Assembly: GCA_013239625.1 (NCBI GenBank)
Contig: MU053513.1
Span: forward strand, 268,370 to 332,369
Length of the DNA: 64,000 nt
From: Lama guanicoe
Lineage: Eukaryota
Reading direction: 5' to 3'
Of this stretch, positions 13,400 through 26,831 are shown piece after piece. Position numbers and translations under genes: made by a program. A model generated the notes under the pieces. The model was not told the DNA's origin, did not search any database, and was given only the letters and a program-made list of their open reading frames with translations. How positions within the stretch are numbered: the first letter of the stretch is position 1; each line of letters starts with the position of its first letter.

Positions 13400-13760
13400 T
13401 CTCTCAACTTCTGGACTTTGCACCAGTAATTCTCTGTTTAGAAACTCTTCCCCTGCTACACTTCCTCAATTCTTTGCTGATACAACTTACATCTTAGCCC
13501 TCCTGCCCCTCATAAATTAAACCTGATCTCTACCAATTATATATAGTTTCATAGCTGTAAGCATTGTTTCTTATCATGATTTAAAAAATATATTTATATC
13601 CTATGCATGTACAATTGGTTATATTTATGTATTATTAAATTATTAATTATTGTCTTCCTCTTTCATTATATTATAGATTCTTTTAGTTCAGAGCTTCCAA
13701 ATACTTTGCTCACTTTTGTTGTCCCAAAGCTCAGGAGAACATTTGGCAAATAGATTTTGA
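13400..13760 (+). mobile_element. L2 LINE 3' fragment
   Basis: Degenerate L2 tail ending gagaacatttggcaaatag. Confidence 0.45.
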
Positions 13761-16700
13761 GAGGTTGAGAAAAAGTTCTAAAACTTACTGAGAACTATCT
13801 TTACCAAAAATAGTTTTATTAGCATAAAATGAATCTTAGAAGCTGGTCAGTTTTTCATCCAACAATAACCAGGTTTTTCATTTGTTGATTGTTGCCTAAA
13901 AGTAGAGTTACTTTCCTAATCTTCTCTAAGAGAATAATTCCACCCTTTTCCAAAGCACTTTTAAAAGGAGTTCCGTAAGTGGACAAATAAATAAATTGTT
14001 TCTAATTTTTTTGTACTTAAGTTTAGAAATGCAAAAACCTAAGTGCAAAAAAATTAGAAATTGGCAAGTATCTTAGTGCTATTTGTTTAGATGGAATGAA
14101 TGTTTAGGACTATGTTGTTTAGGGGTTCTGAAAAACATAAATTTAATTTAATTAGCTATCAATATATACAGTATGTGCAAAGAAAAAGAGCTTCTGCCAA
14201 CCACACTAATTTCTATTTTGAATAAAAAATTGTTAATTTAATGTTTAACACATTATTAATATGAGATAGAAAGATATATATCTATTTTTAGTTTCAGATT
14301 AAAAACTCTATTATACTAGCAACTGGTTAATACTTTATTTGATGGCTAAATACAAATATTCATTACAGGTAAACCAGTTTACTCTCATAAGCAGTATTAG
14401 TGTTATTCATTTCAGGTAGAGACCTTATTTTCTCATCTATAAAAAGAGGTGCTTCAATTAATGAGCCATAGTTTCTTGCCTGGTTTACCATTCTATGATA
14501 CTACAAATCACAATAAGCAAAGTTTATGTTTCATCTACATGCTAAGCATATCATCAGAAAAATAACACTAGATAACAGTATTCTTTGGCTGTTTCAAGTT
14601 CTTTGTTAAACTGAAGATTAATGATGAAAAAATCAACTTTATATACATTTTATGTGTTGGCAAGTAGAGAAAGAAAATTTGAATTCTCAAACAATAAAAC
14701 ATCAGCATTTTTTGAAAACTTGGCCCCTTTCAAATATAGGTTCTCTACACTTCTTTTGAACAGCTCTTATAAATTTGTTAACATGATTGCAGAAGCCATC
14801 ATACCCTCCGCACTGACTATCACAAGTCTTTCTCTCTCATGCCTGCATATTGTGAGGCCCCATTTCCCTTAATGGCCACAAGGCAATTCTTGGAGGGGGA
14901 TCTGATTGATAATGAAGTATGAGAAAGCCAACTGTTTTGCCATATTAAGTATCTGGAGTGCGGGCATCATCTAAAAGTGTTTTTGAATATTTCTTTCCTT
15001 CTTGAGCTGTAGATGTTAATAAACAGCAAAAAAGCTGCTTTAAGAAATTAGATCTGTGATCTTACTTGCTACTGTACTCCAAATCTCTTCTGTTTTACTT
15101 TGATTTATAAAAAAAATAACCTGACTGGGCAAGGGAATAAAGGTTATCAATGAAGGTAGGTAATTCACTGATCCCAAGTAGAGTAGATTATATAGTATGA
15201 AGTCATGTTGTAAATTATTGTCTACTTCATAATTTCTGGCTTCAAATTCTTTGTGGTTTGGCACTGCAATAATTCTTTCTCACGTATGTTTTGAAATCAT
15301 GAATGGTCTCCTTAAAAAGTCTAGGTAATATATATTATGCCTCTGTTTTTCACTTCCCACATACCATATTCTTCCTAACTAAATAGGGCTTCTCAAAATT
15401 TCCATATATTTAGGGAAGATAATTTGATAGTTTATGAGGAGAGCGATTTTGACCACTTTGACATTCTAGTTATAAAACTTTAGGAAAAAAATATGAACTG
15501 CTATTGAATATCTCCAATCCTAATAACTTTGAAAACTATTTCTAAGAAAGAAAACCTAGCAATATAGGCTAGCTTTAATTTTTAAAATCTGCTTTGTTCA
15601 GTGTTTCCCAAGAGATTTTCTTTTTAAAAACTGCGAATAAATTCAAGAGCACTCGTATTGCTAGTATTGCCTGAACTTCTGAATCAAGAAAAATTAACCT
15701 CTGCCAATCAGATATGGATATAAGTTTTTACAGACTTATCAGCTGGAAATTATCAGCTTATCTTTACCAAAAATAGTTGTTAATGTCAAGGAAAGAAAAT
15801 ACTGAAAATCCTATTTAAATTGGTTCTCTCTCAATGACTTATCAGTCTATAATCATATCTTTCCTAAACCATTTCTTGTCGCAAATTCACACCAGTCAAT
15901 TATACACACAAAGGCAACTTTATGATTACATTTTCATTATTTTATAGTACCGTTGATGATGAAAATATAATATCTATTGATGACATATTCCTTGAAATTT
16001 AAACTTACCTCCGTTTTGGATACATATTGCAGTATTTTATATAATGTTAGTATTACAACCTCTTGTTTAATGCAATTTTATAGTAATCTAATAGAGAATA
16101 TTGGCATGTATACATCTGTGTGGGCTTTCTAACAGCATGATGAGGTCTGTAAAAGGTAAAGGATATTTGTTTATAATTGTGCTATACTTTTACCCAAGTT
16201 ATTGATTAAAGTGAACTGAAAAAGTGACAGTAATGTCGTACATAATACACTTCCCAGAATAAGAAAGAAGAGGAGCAAATTAGTCTTCATAACCCCCAGT
16301 AAAATTCAGGCAAGATTGATTTCATCTAAAATTTTCAGAGGCAAGAATTTTCATAGAGGTTCAATTACAATATTGTCATATTCCTGTACTGCATATTGTA
16401 TTTACAAAATGGATATTATGAATATTTCAAATAAAACATAAGCAGTAATATAATTTATATGCAACATTATATTTTACTTGCAAAACTGTCAGATACTCTC
16501 ACTACGGTTATGAAATATATCTGATGAATATCCTTTGTATTATTTAAAGTTTACGGTAAAAATGAATAATGTTTATTTGATTATACTTTAGTGCTAAGAT
16601 GAATGAATATTAAACCAAAAATTCTATGCATAAGAAAATCAGATGTAGAAAAACTCTAGTCCTTATGGTAAACTGCCTGTAAAAGTGCAAAATGTTGAGT

Positions 16701-17264
16701 TCAGAGCAAAATATGGGTTTTGAAGCACAGCATTTATCTTGCGTCTATTCACTTTTTTTAACCTGAACACTTCAAAAAGCAGTCAGTCTTTATAGTGGGC
16801 AGGTAGAGAATGAGAATGAAAGCCAGGATGAAAGAAAAATGGCATTAATCTAAATAGTTCCATAAAACCTATACCTCCCTCAGAAGAGTCAAAGGCACAA
16901 GTATGTCTGCTTAAAAAAAAAAAGATAAAAACAAAACCACAAATATGATCCTTCCATTTAAATCAATAAATCTCTATTATGCATTTACTTTGTAGTACCA
17001 GGGAATCTTTCTTAAACTCAAGACCTCTTGGGGAGGTGAGGCTTATTGTCATGAAACAAATAAAGAAAAAACTATCATCCAATTAAAAGTGTAATCAAGT
17101 TCCTGAAGGAGATCAGAGCAGAGATTGGTAGGTAGTCAAATCTATCAAACAGTACATGTTTCCTGAAATTCTACTGCATGCCAGTTACAACACGTGTCAT
17201 TGTTCTGTGTCTAATACCTACACTGATACACATACAGGCCCTACTTTAACCATTCATGCAAGAG

Positions 17265-17520
17265 CTCATTCATTCGATACATATTTATTGCCAGGTGCTA
17301 TGCTCTTTAATGGGAGTACAACAATGACCAAAAACGCTTTCTCCACATGCCCTGAATTCACAATCTAGTATGGTGATATATTTTATCAACAAATAACGCA
17401 AGTGTAAATTTACAGTGTGAGAAAGAGATGAGAGGGAGAAGTGTATTATACTATAAGAGTGTAAATTAGGAAAAAAACTAATGCATTTACAGAGACTGGG
17501 GAAGGTTTCTTTCAATATAT
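17265..17520 (-). mobile_element. L2 LINE 3' end
   Basis: cattcattcgatacatatttattgccaggtgctatgct...tgccctgaattcacaatctagt. Confidence 0.7.
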
Positions 17521-17524
17521 TATG

Positions 17525-17850
17525 ATTGCGTTGCTGTTTTTGTGTGTTTTTTTTTTTTTTGAGCGTTAAGGTAAACAGAGTTTCGGGGAAGCAATCCAAA
17601 GAGAGAAACACGTGAAGACTTTGGAAGGAAAGAGACAAGAACTTCTCCCAACTTAGCTCACCAGAAGCCACTAAACCCAAGGCCAGAAAGGAAAAGAAGA
17701 CTGCCTGTTAGCTAAGGTGCGCACACCCTTGGGTACTGTTAGCGATTAAATATTTCTTTCACACACGTTACAGTGTCACAGCACAACCGCATTCTGATGT
17801 CTTTACCACCCACTAGTAACAAAGGGGTTAAGGACGAAGGCTCAAGCTGG
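17525..17850. promoter_or_regulatory. Small CpG-enriched candidate promoter/enhancer
   Basis: 9 CpG in ~310 bp; FOX motif GTAAACA 17571-17577, E-box CACGTG 17609-17614, TGCGCAC 17718-17724. Confidence 0.35.
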
Positions 17851-18664
17851 AATCACCAGTGGTAGAAATCATACCCTGTGCTATCCAGATCCTGCTGTCA
17901 TTATGATCTTGGGTCTCACCATCCAGTCAGTCTAGAAAGTTCTAATTAAGAATAACATTTCTAAACTACAAAAAGATTTATGGTATAATTAAACTACCAA
18001 TCTCTTTTCTGCATATTTTTACCAACTAAGCATACTTTTAAACAATTCTCTTTATTTAAGTGAACTTTTACGAAGTTATATAATGGGAAAATGAATCATT
18101 ATAATTTATAAAATTAGTGGGAGAATAGCTAATTATTTATCAATGTCTCACTTACCGTATGTTGAAAATATCACAAGGATTTCTGCTGGCTTTTGCTCTC
18201 TTCTAAGACTGAAAGTCCAAAAGCAAGCTCTGTGTCAGGCACATTGAGGGGTTCTTAACAAGATGTACCTCTGTACAGACCCTGGGCATGGAACTTCCAG
18301 CATGGGCTCAACTTCTCCCTCCCCAGTTCAACTTGGATATAAATGATTCATTGTTCTCAACAGAGCACCCCCTTACACAGGGTGGTCCAGGAGAGGCAGT
18401 AGTGAGAAGTTTCAAGACAGGCTACCTTCAATGGCGGTTATTCTATCCAGCAAAATTTCACAGGTACCTGTTTTACCGCATGCGGGAAATGCAAGCTTCC
18501 ACTTGCCAAAGTCTCCATCGACTCTGCCATTTCTTTCCTCTGCTGGTATCCAAAGACCAGGAGAAACAGATCTTTTATTAGGTCAATCAGTGGCTCAATA
18601 AATGAGTGATGATTGTCAGTCTCTGAAATTATGGAGAGGGGGTGTGATAGTTTCCTTTTTGGCT

Positions 18665-19335
18665 TGTTTTTTGACTGTGGTTAAAATATACTAGCATAAA
18701 TTTATCATATGTCCATTGTTAAGTATACAGTTTTATGGCCTTAAGTACATTCATATTGTTGTTGTGTCTTCACCAACATCCTTCTCTAACACTATTTTCG
18801 TGTTCCTCAACTGAAGCTCCGTACCCATTAAACACTAGCTCCCACATTCCCCTCTCTCCACAACCCATGGAAACCGCCTTTCTACTTTCTGTCTCTATGA
18901 ATTTGACTACCTAGGAACCTCATACAATAGAAATCATGTATTTGTTCTTTTGTGATTGGCTTATTTATTTAGTATAATGTCTTCAAATTTCATCTATGTT
19001 TTAGCATGTGTCAAAATTTCCTTCCTTTAAAAAAAAAGGCTTGGTAGTATTCCATTATATGGATATACCATGTTTTGTTTATCCATTCATATGTTAACGG
19101 ACACTTGTGTTGCTTCCACCTTTTGGCTCTTGTAAATAATGTTGCTATGAATATGACTGTACAAATATTTGTTCCTATACCTGCTTTCATTTCTTTTGGG
19201 TATACACCTAGAAGTGGAATTGCTGGATCATATGATAGTAATTTTGTTTTTAATTTTTTAAAGATCTGCCACACTGTTTCTATAACAGCTGAGTTTTTAC
19301 ATCCCCATCGACATTGCACAAGGATCCATATTTTT
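18665..19335 (-). mobile_element. L1 (L1MB-like) ORF2 C-terminus plus 3'UTR
   Basis: ORF 19011..19319(-) encodes [16 protein letters not shown]...[29 protein letters not shown], the L1 ORF2 C-terminal signature. Confidence 0.92.
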
Positions 19336-20110
19336 TAATCTTTTCTTCCAGTTTATGCCTTCTGATCGAGGTATTTAACCATTTACACTTTAATTACTCA
19401 TAGGGAAGCACTTACTTTTGCCTTTCTGTTATTTGTATGTGTTATAGCTTTTTGTCGGTCTTTCCTCCATTAATTTCATCCTTTGAGTTCTGTTGATTTT
19501 ATGTAGTGACACATATTGATTCCCTATTTCCTTTGCCATATTTTCTAGAGATATATAATTTGTGATTGCCATGGGGATCACATATAATATCCTAAAGTTA
19601 TGATAATCTATTTTAAGTTGATACCAATTTGATTTCAATCCCCTGCAAAATCTCTGCTCCTTTACAGCTCCACTTCCCCTACTACCTCTTTATGTTATTG
19701 ATGTTCCAAATTACATCTTTATATATTGTGGACCCATTAACATAGAATAATAATTATTTTTATGCATGTATCTTGAAAATCCTGTATAAAATAAAAGTGG
19801 ATTTACAAACCATATTATTTTTTATACTTGTCCGCCTTTACTGGAGAACTTTATATTTTCACATAACTTCAAGTTACTGTCTAGTATCATTTTATTTCAA
19901 CTTGAAGGACTCTCTTTAGAATTTAATATAGATCTAGGGAACTATCTCAGCTTTTGTTTGGGAATATCTTGATTTCTTCCATATTTTTGAAGAAGAACTT
20001 TGTTAAAGATAAAATTGGTTGTTAGTTATTTTTTTCCTTTCAACACTTTAACTGCACCATCTCTTTGTCTTCTAGCCTGCATGATTTCTGCTTAAAAATC
20101 TGCTGATTTG
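19336..20110 (-). mobile_element. L1 fragment (ORF1 end/inter-ORF region)
   Basis: tttaaccatttacac, cttgaaggactctctttag, tctcagcttttgtttgggaa, atttctgcttaaaaatctgctg motifs of antisense L1M ORF1 region. Confidence 0.75.
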
Positions 20111-20484
20111 GGGTTTTATATTAACACTCAATCCAATAGACAATTGGGGTGTCTTGCAATTTTAGTCAATCCCTGGCTAGTACTTCTACTGCCTTTCTAT
20201 AAACTATATAAGTGGAAGACTAGCTAGCTTTTAGTCTCAAGTTACCTCATTGCCCAGAAGACTTCTAAAGAAAACAAGAATCAACTGCACAACTGTTTTT
20301 AAGGGACCTGAGATTTCCTCAGTAAGATTTCATATATTGTTTTCCTTATTAACTTTCAGATTTACTTGCCTTTTTTCTATTTGCCTCATAAGCAGTAAGA
20401 GACTTTATCATTGTTCTTGAATTCAATCTGAAACTATTCATATTTTGACAGAGTAACTTACCAATTTAAATTATTAATATGAAT

Positions 20485-20712
20485 AACTAATATTTATTGA
20501 AGTCTGACTATATTCCAGGCATGGTTTTAAGTACTTTACATGTATTAGCTCATTTGATCTTTGTCATAACCCTTTGATGGTAACATTATATTTCTTATAT
20601 TAAATATGAGAAACTGAAACTGAGACATATTAAACCACCTTTCCAAGGTCACTAGCTAGAAAGAGGTCGATCCAGGATCCAAAGCCATTCAGTCTGACTC
20701 AGAGCTGTGCAA
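20485..20712 (-). mobile_element. MIR SINE
   Basis: tatttattgaag...ccaggcatggttttaagtactttacatg...gaaactgaaactgag...ccaaggtcac...cagtctgactcagagc. Confidence 0.85.
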
Positions 20713-20994
20713 TCCTCCATCCTGTCATCCTGACTCTAGAAGTCGTAAGTGATGTGTAAAACTTCAGACTACACACAAATAATATACATCACAAACACAA
20801 ATAAGTATATCAATTACAGAATCATAAAGCATAACTGAAGTTTATGTTGTTATCCCGTTTTATGTTTTATGATTTTATATCGCGTTTTATTTGACTGTTT
20901 TAGGAATTTTATCACGTGGCTTTTGCAGGAATTTTTAGTTTCAGACAGGATCTTGTCTGCACCAGTTAGCAACCGAACCATCCTGAAGTTTTCC

Positions 20995-21480
20995 TGCTGA
21001 AAGGAAGGGAGAATCCAATTCAAACTGGCTTTTATAATAAAGGGGATTCATCAGCTAATGCAACTGAAAAGTACAGTCACAGGTCAGATTTCAGGCATGC
21101 CCCATCGTGGTTCTGGCTTCTGTTTCCCGAGATACTCTCAGGTCTTTCTCCATGTTTTAGTGTTGTGCACACATTGGCTTTTCTCAAGGCCACAGAATGG
21201 CTTCCAAGAGCAATCGTATCTTCTCGTTTCCTCTCACAGAGAGTGATGGAACGCGTCACTTTTGGTACCAATAGAACAAAACTCATACACTTTTCTCTAA
21301 TCACTTTAACTGATTGACTTAGGAAAGGAGGGCTACCTGCATCAATCACTGTTGTAAAATGGAACAGGTTATATTAATTAGTTGTAAATGAATCAGAGCC
21401 CAGCCTGAAAGAGGGGTGGGGTTAGTTCCAGGCCAAGCTTGTGGCCTCTACATAATTGGGGAGGGCAGCAATGTTGTTAG
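20995..21480 (-). mobile_element. MaLR LTR (MLT1K/L-like)
   Basis: aatccaattcaaactggctt...ggggattcatcagctaatgcaactgaaaagt, antisense MLT1K 3' end. Confidence 0.6.
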
Positions 21481-21499
21481 GGAGAAACTTTAATTCCAG

Positions 21500-21640
21500 C
21501 TACCTAGCTCCATGACTTCCAGTCTTAGTTTTTTGACCTGTAAAGTGAAAATAACCATAGACCTTATCTAAATTGGTTGTTTTGAGAAGTAGCTAATATA
21601 TATAAAGCTCTTACAATGGCTTGCACATCATCCTATTTAA
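21500..21640 (+). mobile_element. MIR fragment
   Basis: cagtcttagttttttgacctgtaaagtgaaaataacc...ttggttgttttgagaag. Confidence 0.55.
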
Positions 21641-22509
21641 AGAAATGATACTGTGATAATGATTATCAATAATATTCCTAGTTTATGTTTTTTAAAAAAA
21701 ATCACCAGTGTTTATATCATGTTTTTATTGTAACACCAGTCTTTCTAGTTTCAACTTTCCAAATGTCATAATTACACATTTATCTCCTCATAATTATGCA
21801 TTTGCCTAAGTCAGTGTTGAATGTTACTATTGGTTTCCATTTTATAAGATAATTAATTCAAGTCACTTCTTTTTCTTCAGCCTCCACAGTTCATATCTCT
21901 GTTTTCAAAATAATCTGGAATTAACATCCAGATGTTACTATTAAATTTTCATCTTTTAAATTACATAAATTTTCTTTGAAGATTACTTTAAAAAATTTGC
22001 ATTCACTCATGCAACATAATTAAAACATATATTTTAAAATGTTGACCTTTAAATATTAAGCCCTAAATTCTTTTTTGCACTTGACCCAAAGCCCTGTCCA
22101 GGCCCTATTCCTTTCAATGGTTATTCCACGTATTCCCTTTTTTTTTACTATAACTCTCTATAGTTAGAATATCTTTGTGTTCAGTCTTCTTCTCAGCAGG
22201 TGACCTTATGCTTCCTGAATCACTGAGAAAATTGGAGCTGGAAGGAAAAGTATCTAAACTCCTTCCCTCCAACCCCAACAATCCTTTTGTATATACCTTT
22301 TTAATTCTTCTTTTTTGTCTGGGGGAGAAAAAGCCTCTCCTCCTGTCCAAGATTAATTAATTATTTTTCCTCTAAATGCAACTCTTCTCCCCTCTTCAGG
22401 GATGTTTCTGTATTAATCATAATATTTCCCAAGACACTTACCATCTCCTTCAGTAATGCAGCATATAAATATGTCCAAGTGCCTCTCATATTAAAACCAA
22501 AAATTATCC

Positions 22510-22945
22510 TCAGAATCAAACAGTCAAGTAAATGAATGGCAGATGGTGGAATCCAGGTTTCTCACTGTTAGAGTGGGCGGTTAGAGATAAGCTAGGAGGG
22601 GAGGACAGAAAGATACATTCGGTAATGAATTCAAGTGGGAGAAATCAGTATAACGTGTTTAGTTTAATGCAGATACAGATGATATTATATAGAAATACTT
22701 ACAGATGTGTGTAGATACGTTAATCAACATGTGCACATACATTTCCTTGCTTTACCTGCTGAGAGGATCTAGAAGCAAGGATATGTCAGCAGCATCAGCA
22801 CATCTAGTGCCGAGATCTTGGTTTCTAATACCACACTTCAATAAAGGGAGCCAAGTTTCCTGGAAAGATGGCTTACTGTCTAAGGAGGGCAAGAAATATG
22901 AGTCTGGAATCTTATATGTCAAAGACATAAGTAGGTACTAACACA
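22510..22945 (+). mobile_element. L1 (L1MC/MD-like) 3'UTR fragment
   Basis: gatggtggaatccaggtttctcactgttagagtgg...gagatcttggtttctaatacc. Confidence 0.7.
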
Positions 22946-24785
22946 CACACACATATGGTGAGAGCAGACATATAAGCAATATTTGTATAGTCAAAAGACG
23001 CTAAACAGAAATGATTTTGCTATGATGTTGTCCTTGATTTCTGTAAAATAAAATAATCCATTTTATTCTTTTATGAAATATAGTATTCAGGCTTAAATTC
23101 TTTATGACTTCTACAACTCTAAAATCTATCGATCTATGAATCTAAAAGATTTCAGCCACCTTTAATTCCTTTAGCTACAATTTAGTGACTATCCAAGCCA
23201 AAATATTTGATTTCCCTCTATTTGCCATTGTACTGACAATGCAAAAAAGACTGGTGATTCCAGGAATATTCTTAGAACAGCATATGCAGTACCATTCACT
23301 GTGAGTACTAATCCTTTCAGAGCCAACGTGGAAAATGGAAACACAATCAGTGTGTCCTGCCTCATAGTTTTCATAAGATAAAAATAAAAATGGTTATTCA
23401 AGAAAAGCATAATTCCTACTGAAATTCTTACTGAAATCAGAGTTAGTTTTATTCAATGCCTCCTTCTGAAGATAGACAGTAGAGAGACATGGGGTCGTTT
23501 AATTCATAGACCATTTAAATATATAACAACACGAAGTAGTCTGGTGGCACCCAGTTAAACAACAAACAAATACAAACAAATGATAGTATTGCGACTGAGT
23601 TCAAAATTGCACTTTTAATGTATGTAATTTTTTTTAAATCCCATTTTTTTACCTATAAAGTAGAAAAAAGAATTGGCCCTTCTTTCTACTTTTATGAGGG
23701 AAAATAAATAGCACAAAAATGTGTTTAGAGTAGCGCCTAACACATAGTGTTTAACATACGTTAGCTCGTACTTACATTTGTTCTGTCAGAATAAATGCCT
23801 AGATTTCTGATGATTTGACTTAACACCAAAGTAGATTTTTTTAAATGCCTGGAACAATATTTACAATATCTAGAAATAATTTCTTTATTTTGCCAGTTGC
23901 TAATTCTCAGTGCATTTAGTGTGCTCATGTGCTGTTAGATCTCCGAGAGAAAATGTGGTATAGACGTATGTGCACGTTTCCTACATGTATCTGTTCAAAA
24001 GACTGTTCAGTAGTTTTATTCAGAGGATCTAAAGGCCAGAGTTCCTTAGAATATGTTTAGGACATTCTCACTAGAGAAATGGATACATCCCATATTCTTC
24101 ACAAAATCTATCTGAGATCTTGGTTCTCTCAGCCAGTTTTTTTTAAAACTAAGTTGCAGTGAATTCAAGATCATACTTCATTTAAGTGTTTGGAATTCAC
24201 ATAGCATCTGAGCAGAGAACAGTGTGCTTTATTAATCTGTATAATTTTAGGTAAGATTACTGTTCTTTTGTGAAAAAGTCTTAATAAGCTACCTCACCTC
24301 TGCTAAAAAGAGAACCAAGATGGTATTCATAAGCAGGGCTAGAACTTGCCTTGTAATGTAATTAAGATTTTACCCAACAAGAGAAAAAAAAAAAACTAAA
24401 TGGCAAAAGGTCCACATTAAGAAGAGGAGAACATTAAGGAAGAAGTAAGACTGAGACATCAGGTAATGTTAAACCTGGAGGGCAAAGAATTGGTAGAAAA
24501 CTTATCTTGGAACAGTTTTATGGCTCATGCATAACTTGGATTATAAAACTGACCAAAAAAGTCTTAATATTTTTCTTCTTCCTTAGTTTTTACAAATTTG
24601 GGTTGCCTTCATTGCCAGAGTCCCATGCGCTATTGGTGTTTTTGTGATTGCATCACTGCTTAGGTTTAATTCACATTATTAAAAAATTTTTTTTAATTGG
24701 AAAAATCCCTTGTTTTTAGACCAATTCCTCCTGATTGGCTAACCATATAAAGTAGTTGTAGCAGCAAATAGATAACGGATTAAAG

Positions 24786-25098
24786 CAGTGGTGCTCAAAC
24801 TCCTGTGATCCACTGCTCAAAGGATGGCCATGGCCCCATGTAGAAGCCTATTAGAAATGCTGAATCTTTGGCCTCATCCCAGAAAACTTGAGTCACAGTC
24901 TACATTTAACAAGGCATCCAGGAGATTTGCAGGTGCATTAATGTCTGAGAGGCAACACTTTTCAGATTCTTGGGTTGCCTACCCAGAGATTCTGTTTCAA
25001 CAGGTCCCCAGCAAGTGTCCAGGAATTTGCAACTGAACAGTCACCCTAGCTGATTAAGATGCTGGGGTCCTGAGAAACATTTTCACAGACATGAGCTT
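24786..25098. mobile_element. Two adjacent MER5A-like MITEs (hAT-Charlie)
   Basis: cagtggtgctcaaac...ttagaaatgctgaatc...catttaacaag, followed by cccagagattctg...ccaggaatttgca. Confidence 0.7.
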
Positions 25099-25699
25099 AT
25101 TGTAAGGGTCATCCTAGGTGTGTTCAAATAAATTATTTTTTATGTACAAGATTCTAGGAACTGAGCTATTTAAGCTAAACGAATGCTTCTTGGATGATAA
25201 TCTACACGGTACTTTCAGAGCTGGAGAAATGTTTTTAGCTGAAACTGCCTTTCTGATGTCCTGCTGCACTTCCTGTACTGAAAGTCCACTCAGGAAAGGT
25301 AGGCAAGATAGGCTGAGCCCTAGAAAATGCACCATCTACTTTGATGGACTCTCTTAGGTTCATTTTGTTCAGTGAAAAGGAAGGCTTGTGGGCAAAAAAG
25401 GAGAGAAGCTTGAAAAAAACAGTCAGTTAAATAACAATCTCATTTTTAGGTTTATCTCTGTATCTCATTTGATACTTTGCCTGCTTTCCTTCTCTTCTGT
25501 AGACAGTCTATGACGGACCCAGAAAAGCTTGTTTTGCTGTTTTGAATTAGAAACACCAGATTTGGTACTTTGCTTATCATAAACAAACTGTGCAGTCGTG
25601 AGAGTAACACAGAGGTGAGGGAGCAAAATTCCCCCAAAGTGCTGTAAAAATGTGATACTAATAATTCCCAGTCGCAACCCCACCCCAAAGCAAATTAAA

Positions 25700-26040
25700 A
25701 CTGCAACGTTCTTTCACTTCTGGCAGGAACATAAATTGGTACAACCTTTCTGGAAAGCAATTTGGCATTATGTTTCAAAAATCTTTAAAATGTTCATACT
25801 CCTTAAACCAGCAATTCCCTCGCAAGCAATTTTTCCTAAGGTGATGGGAGCAAAGATTTATGTACAAAGACCTTCATGGCTATGTTATTTGTAGGAACAA
25901 AAACTGGGACATCATCTTACATTCAGTAATAGAGGAGTGGTTCAATATTGTGGTGGATATGTGAGAGGGACATGGCCAATTATGTAAATTGATTTAAGAA
26001 GATATGACAGACATGGTAATTACCAAGTAAAAAGCTGGAC
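25700..26040 (+). mobile_element. Old L1 (L1ME-like) ORF2 end
   Basis: ataaattggtacaacctttctggaaagcaatttggca...ccagcaattcc; ORF track peptide KLVQPFWKAIW..PAIP is L1 ORF2-like. Confidence 0.8.
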
Positions 26041-26109
26041 CAGTGTCTGCTCAAAATGGGAGAATAAAAGCTTACATGGATATGAAATGGATAGGTAGAT
26101 TATGGGAGT

Positions 26110-26340
26110 GGCAAGGACACAGGGTCTAGGTCAAAAAGAATTATATTCTAGTCTAGGCTCCAGGATAAACAAACTAGGGGACTAAATCTACTTAACTCTA
26201 AGGTCCAATTTTCTACCTGAATAATGGGAATGCATCCTGGTCCTACCTGACATGGTTTGTGATTTTATGTGTCTGTGACTATCTGAGCTTCTATATATGA
26301 AAGTGCACTTTAACTACAGTGTTATGCAAATGTGTTAGCT
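26110..26340 (+). mobile_element. MIR SINE
   Basis: ttctagtctaggctc...cttaactctaagg...ctacctgaataatgggaat...atgaaagtgcacttt. Confidence 0.55.
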
Positions 26341-26648
26341 ATGTGATAATGACGATGAAGATTCAGAGCCCAGAAGAAAAGCTCTAGATTGGGGGAGTTT
26401 GTAGGATATGCGAGTTCTGCAAGTGATATTGGAAAAACAGTAAAAAGCATAGAGTTGATTTTTATTACAATATTCCCACACTTACCAAGGCCACTGATGG
26501 CTGAAAGAAACTTGTCCCCAAATATGGTATATATTTGTTCAGAGCCAACTAATGCTTAGTTCCTTCACGCTTGATCTGTGTTCTTCTGGTATAATTGATT
26601 CCAATTGCAGCACTTGGAGTGGAGGTGTGATTTTAATGTCATCACAAA

Positions 26649-26831
26649 TCACACACACACAGACACACACACACACACAGTAAAGTACATGAGGTGTTAG
26701 ATGTGTTAAGTAACTTTATTATGGTAATAAATTTGCAATATACATGTATATCAAATCATTACATTGTATACCTTAAACTTACACAATGTTATTACATCAA
26801 TTATATCCAGTACAGCTAAAAAAAAAAAAAA
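26649..26831 (+). mobile_element. (CA)n followed by L1 (L1MA/MB-type) 3' terminus with poly(A)
   Basis: tcaaatcattacattgtataccttaaacttacacaatgttat...caattatatcc...aaaaaaaaaaaaa. Confidence 0.85.

Noticed and set aside
18665..20110. Intact or active L1
   Set aside because: ORF2 end abuts ORF1-region sequence with most of ORF2 missing; many stops and frameshifts
26486..26500. 15-nt minus-strand microexon (tttcttcAG-type acceptor, TTG|GTAAGT donor)
   Set aside because: Short pyrimidine tract, no host gene; cannot be distinguished from chance
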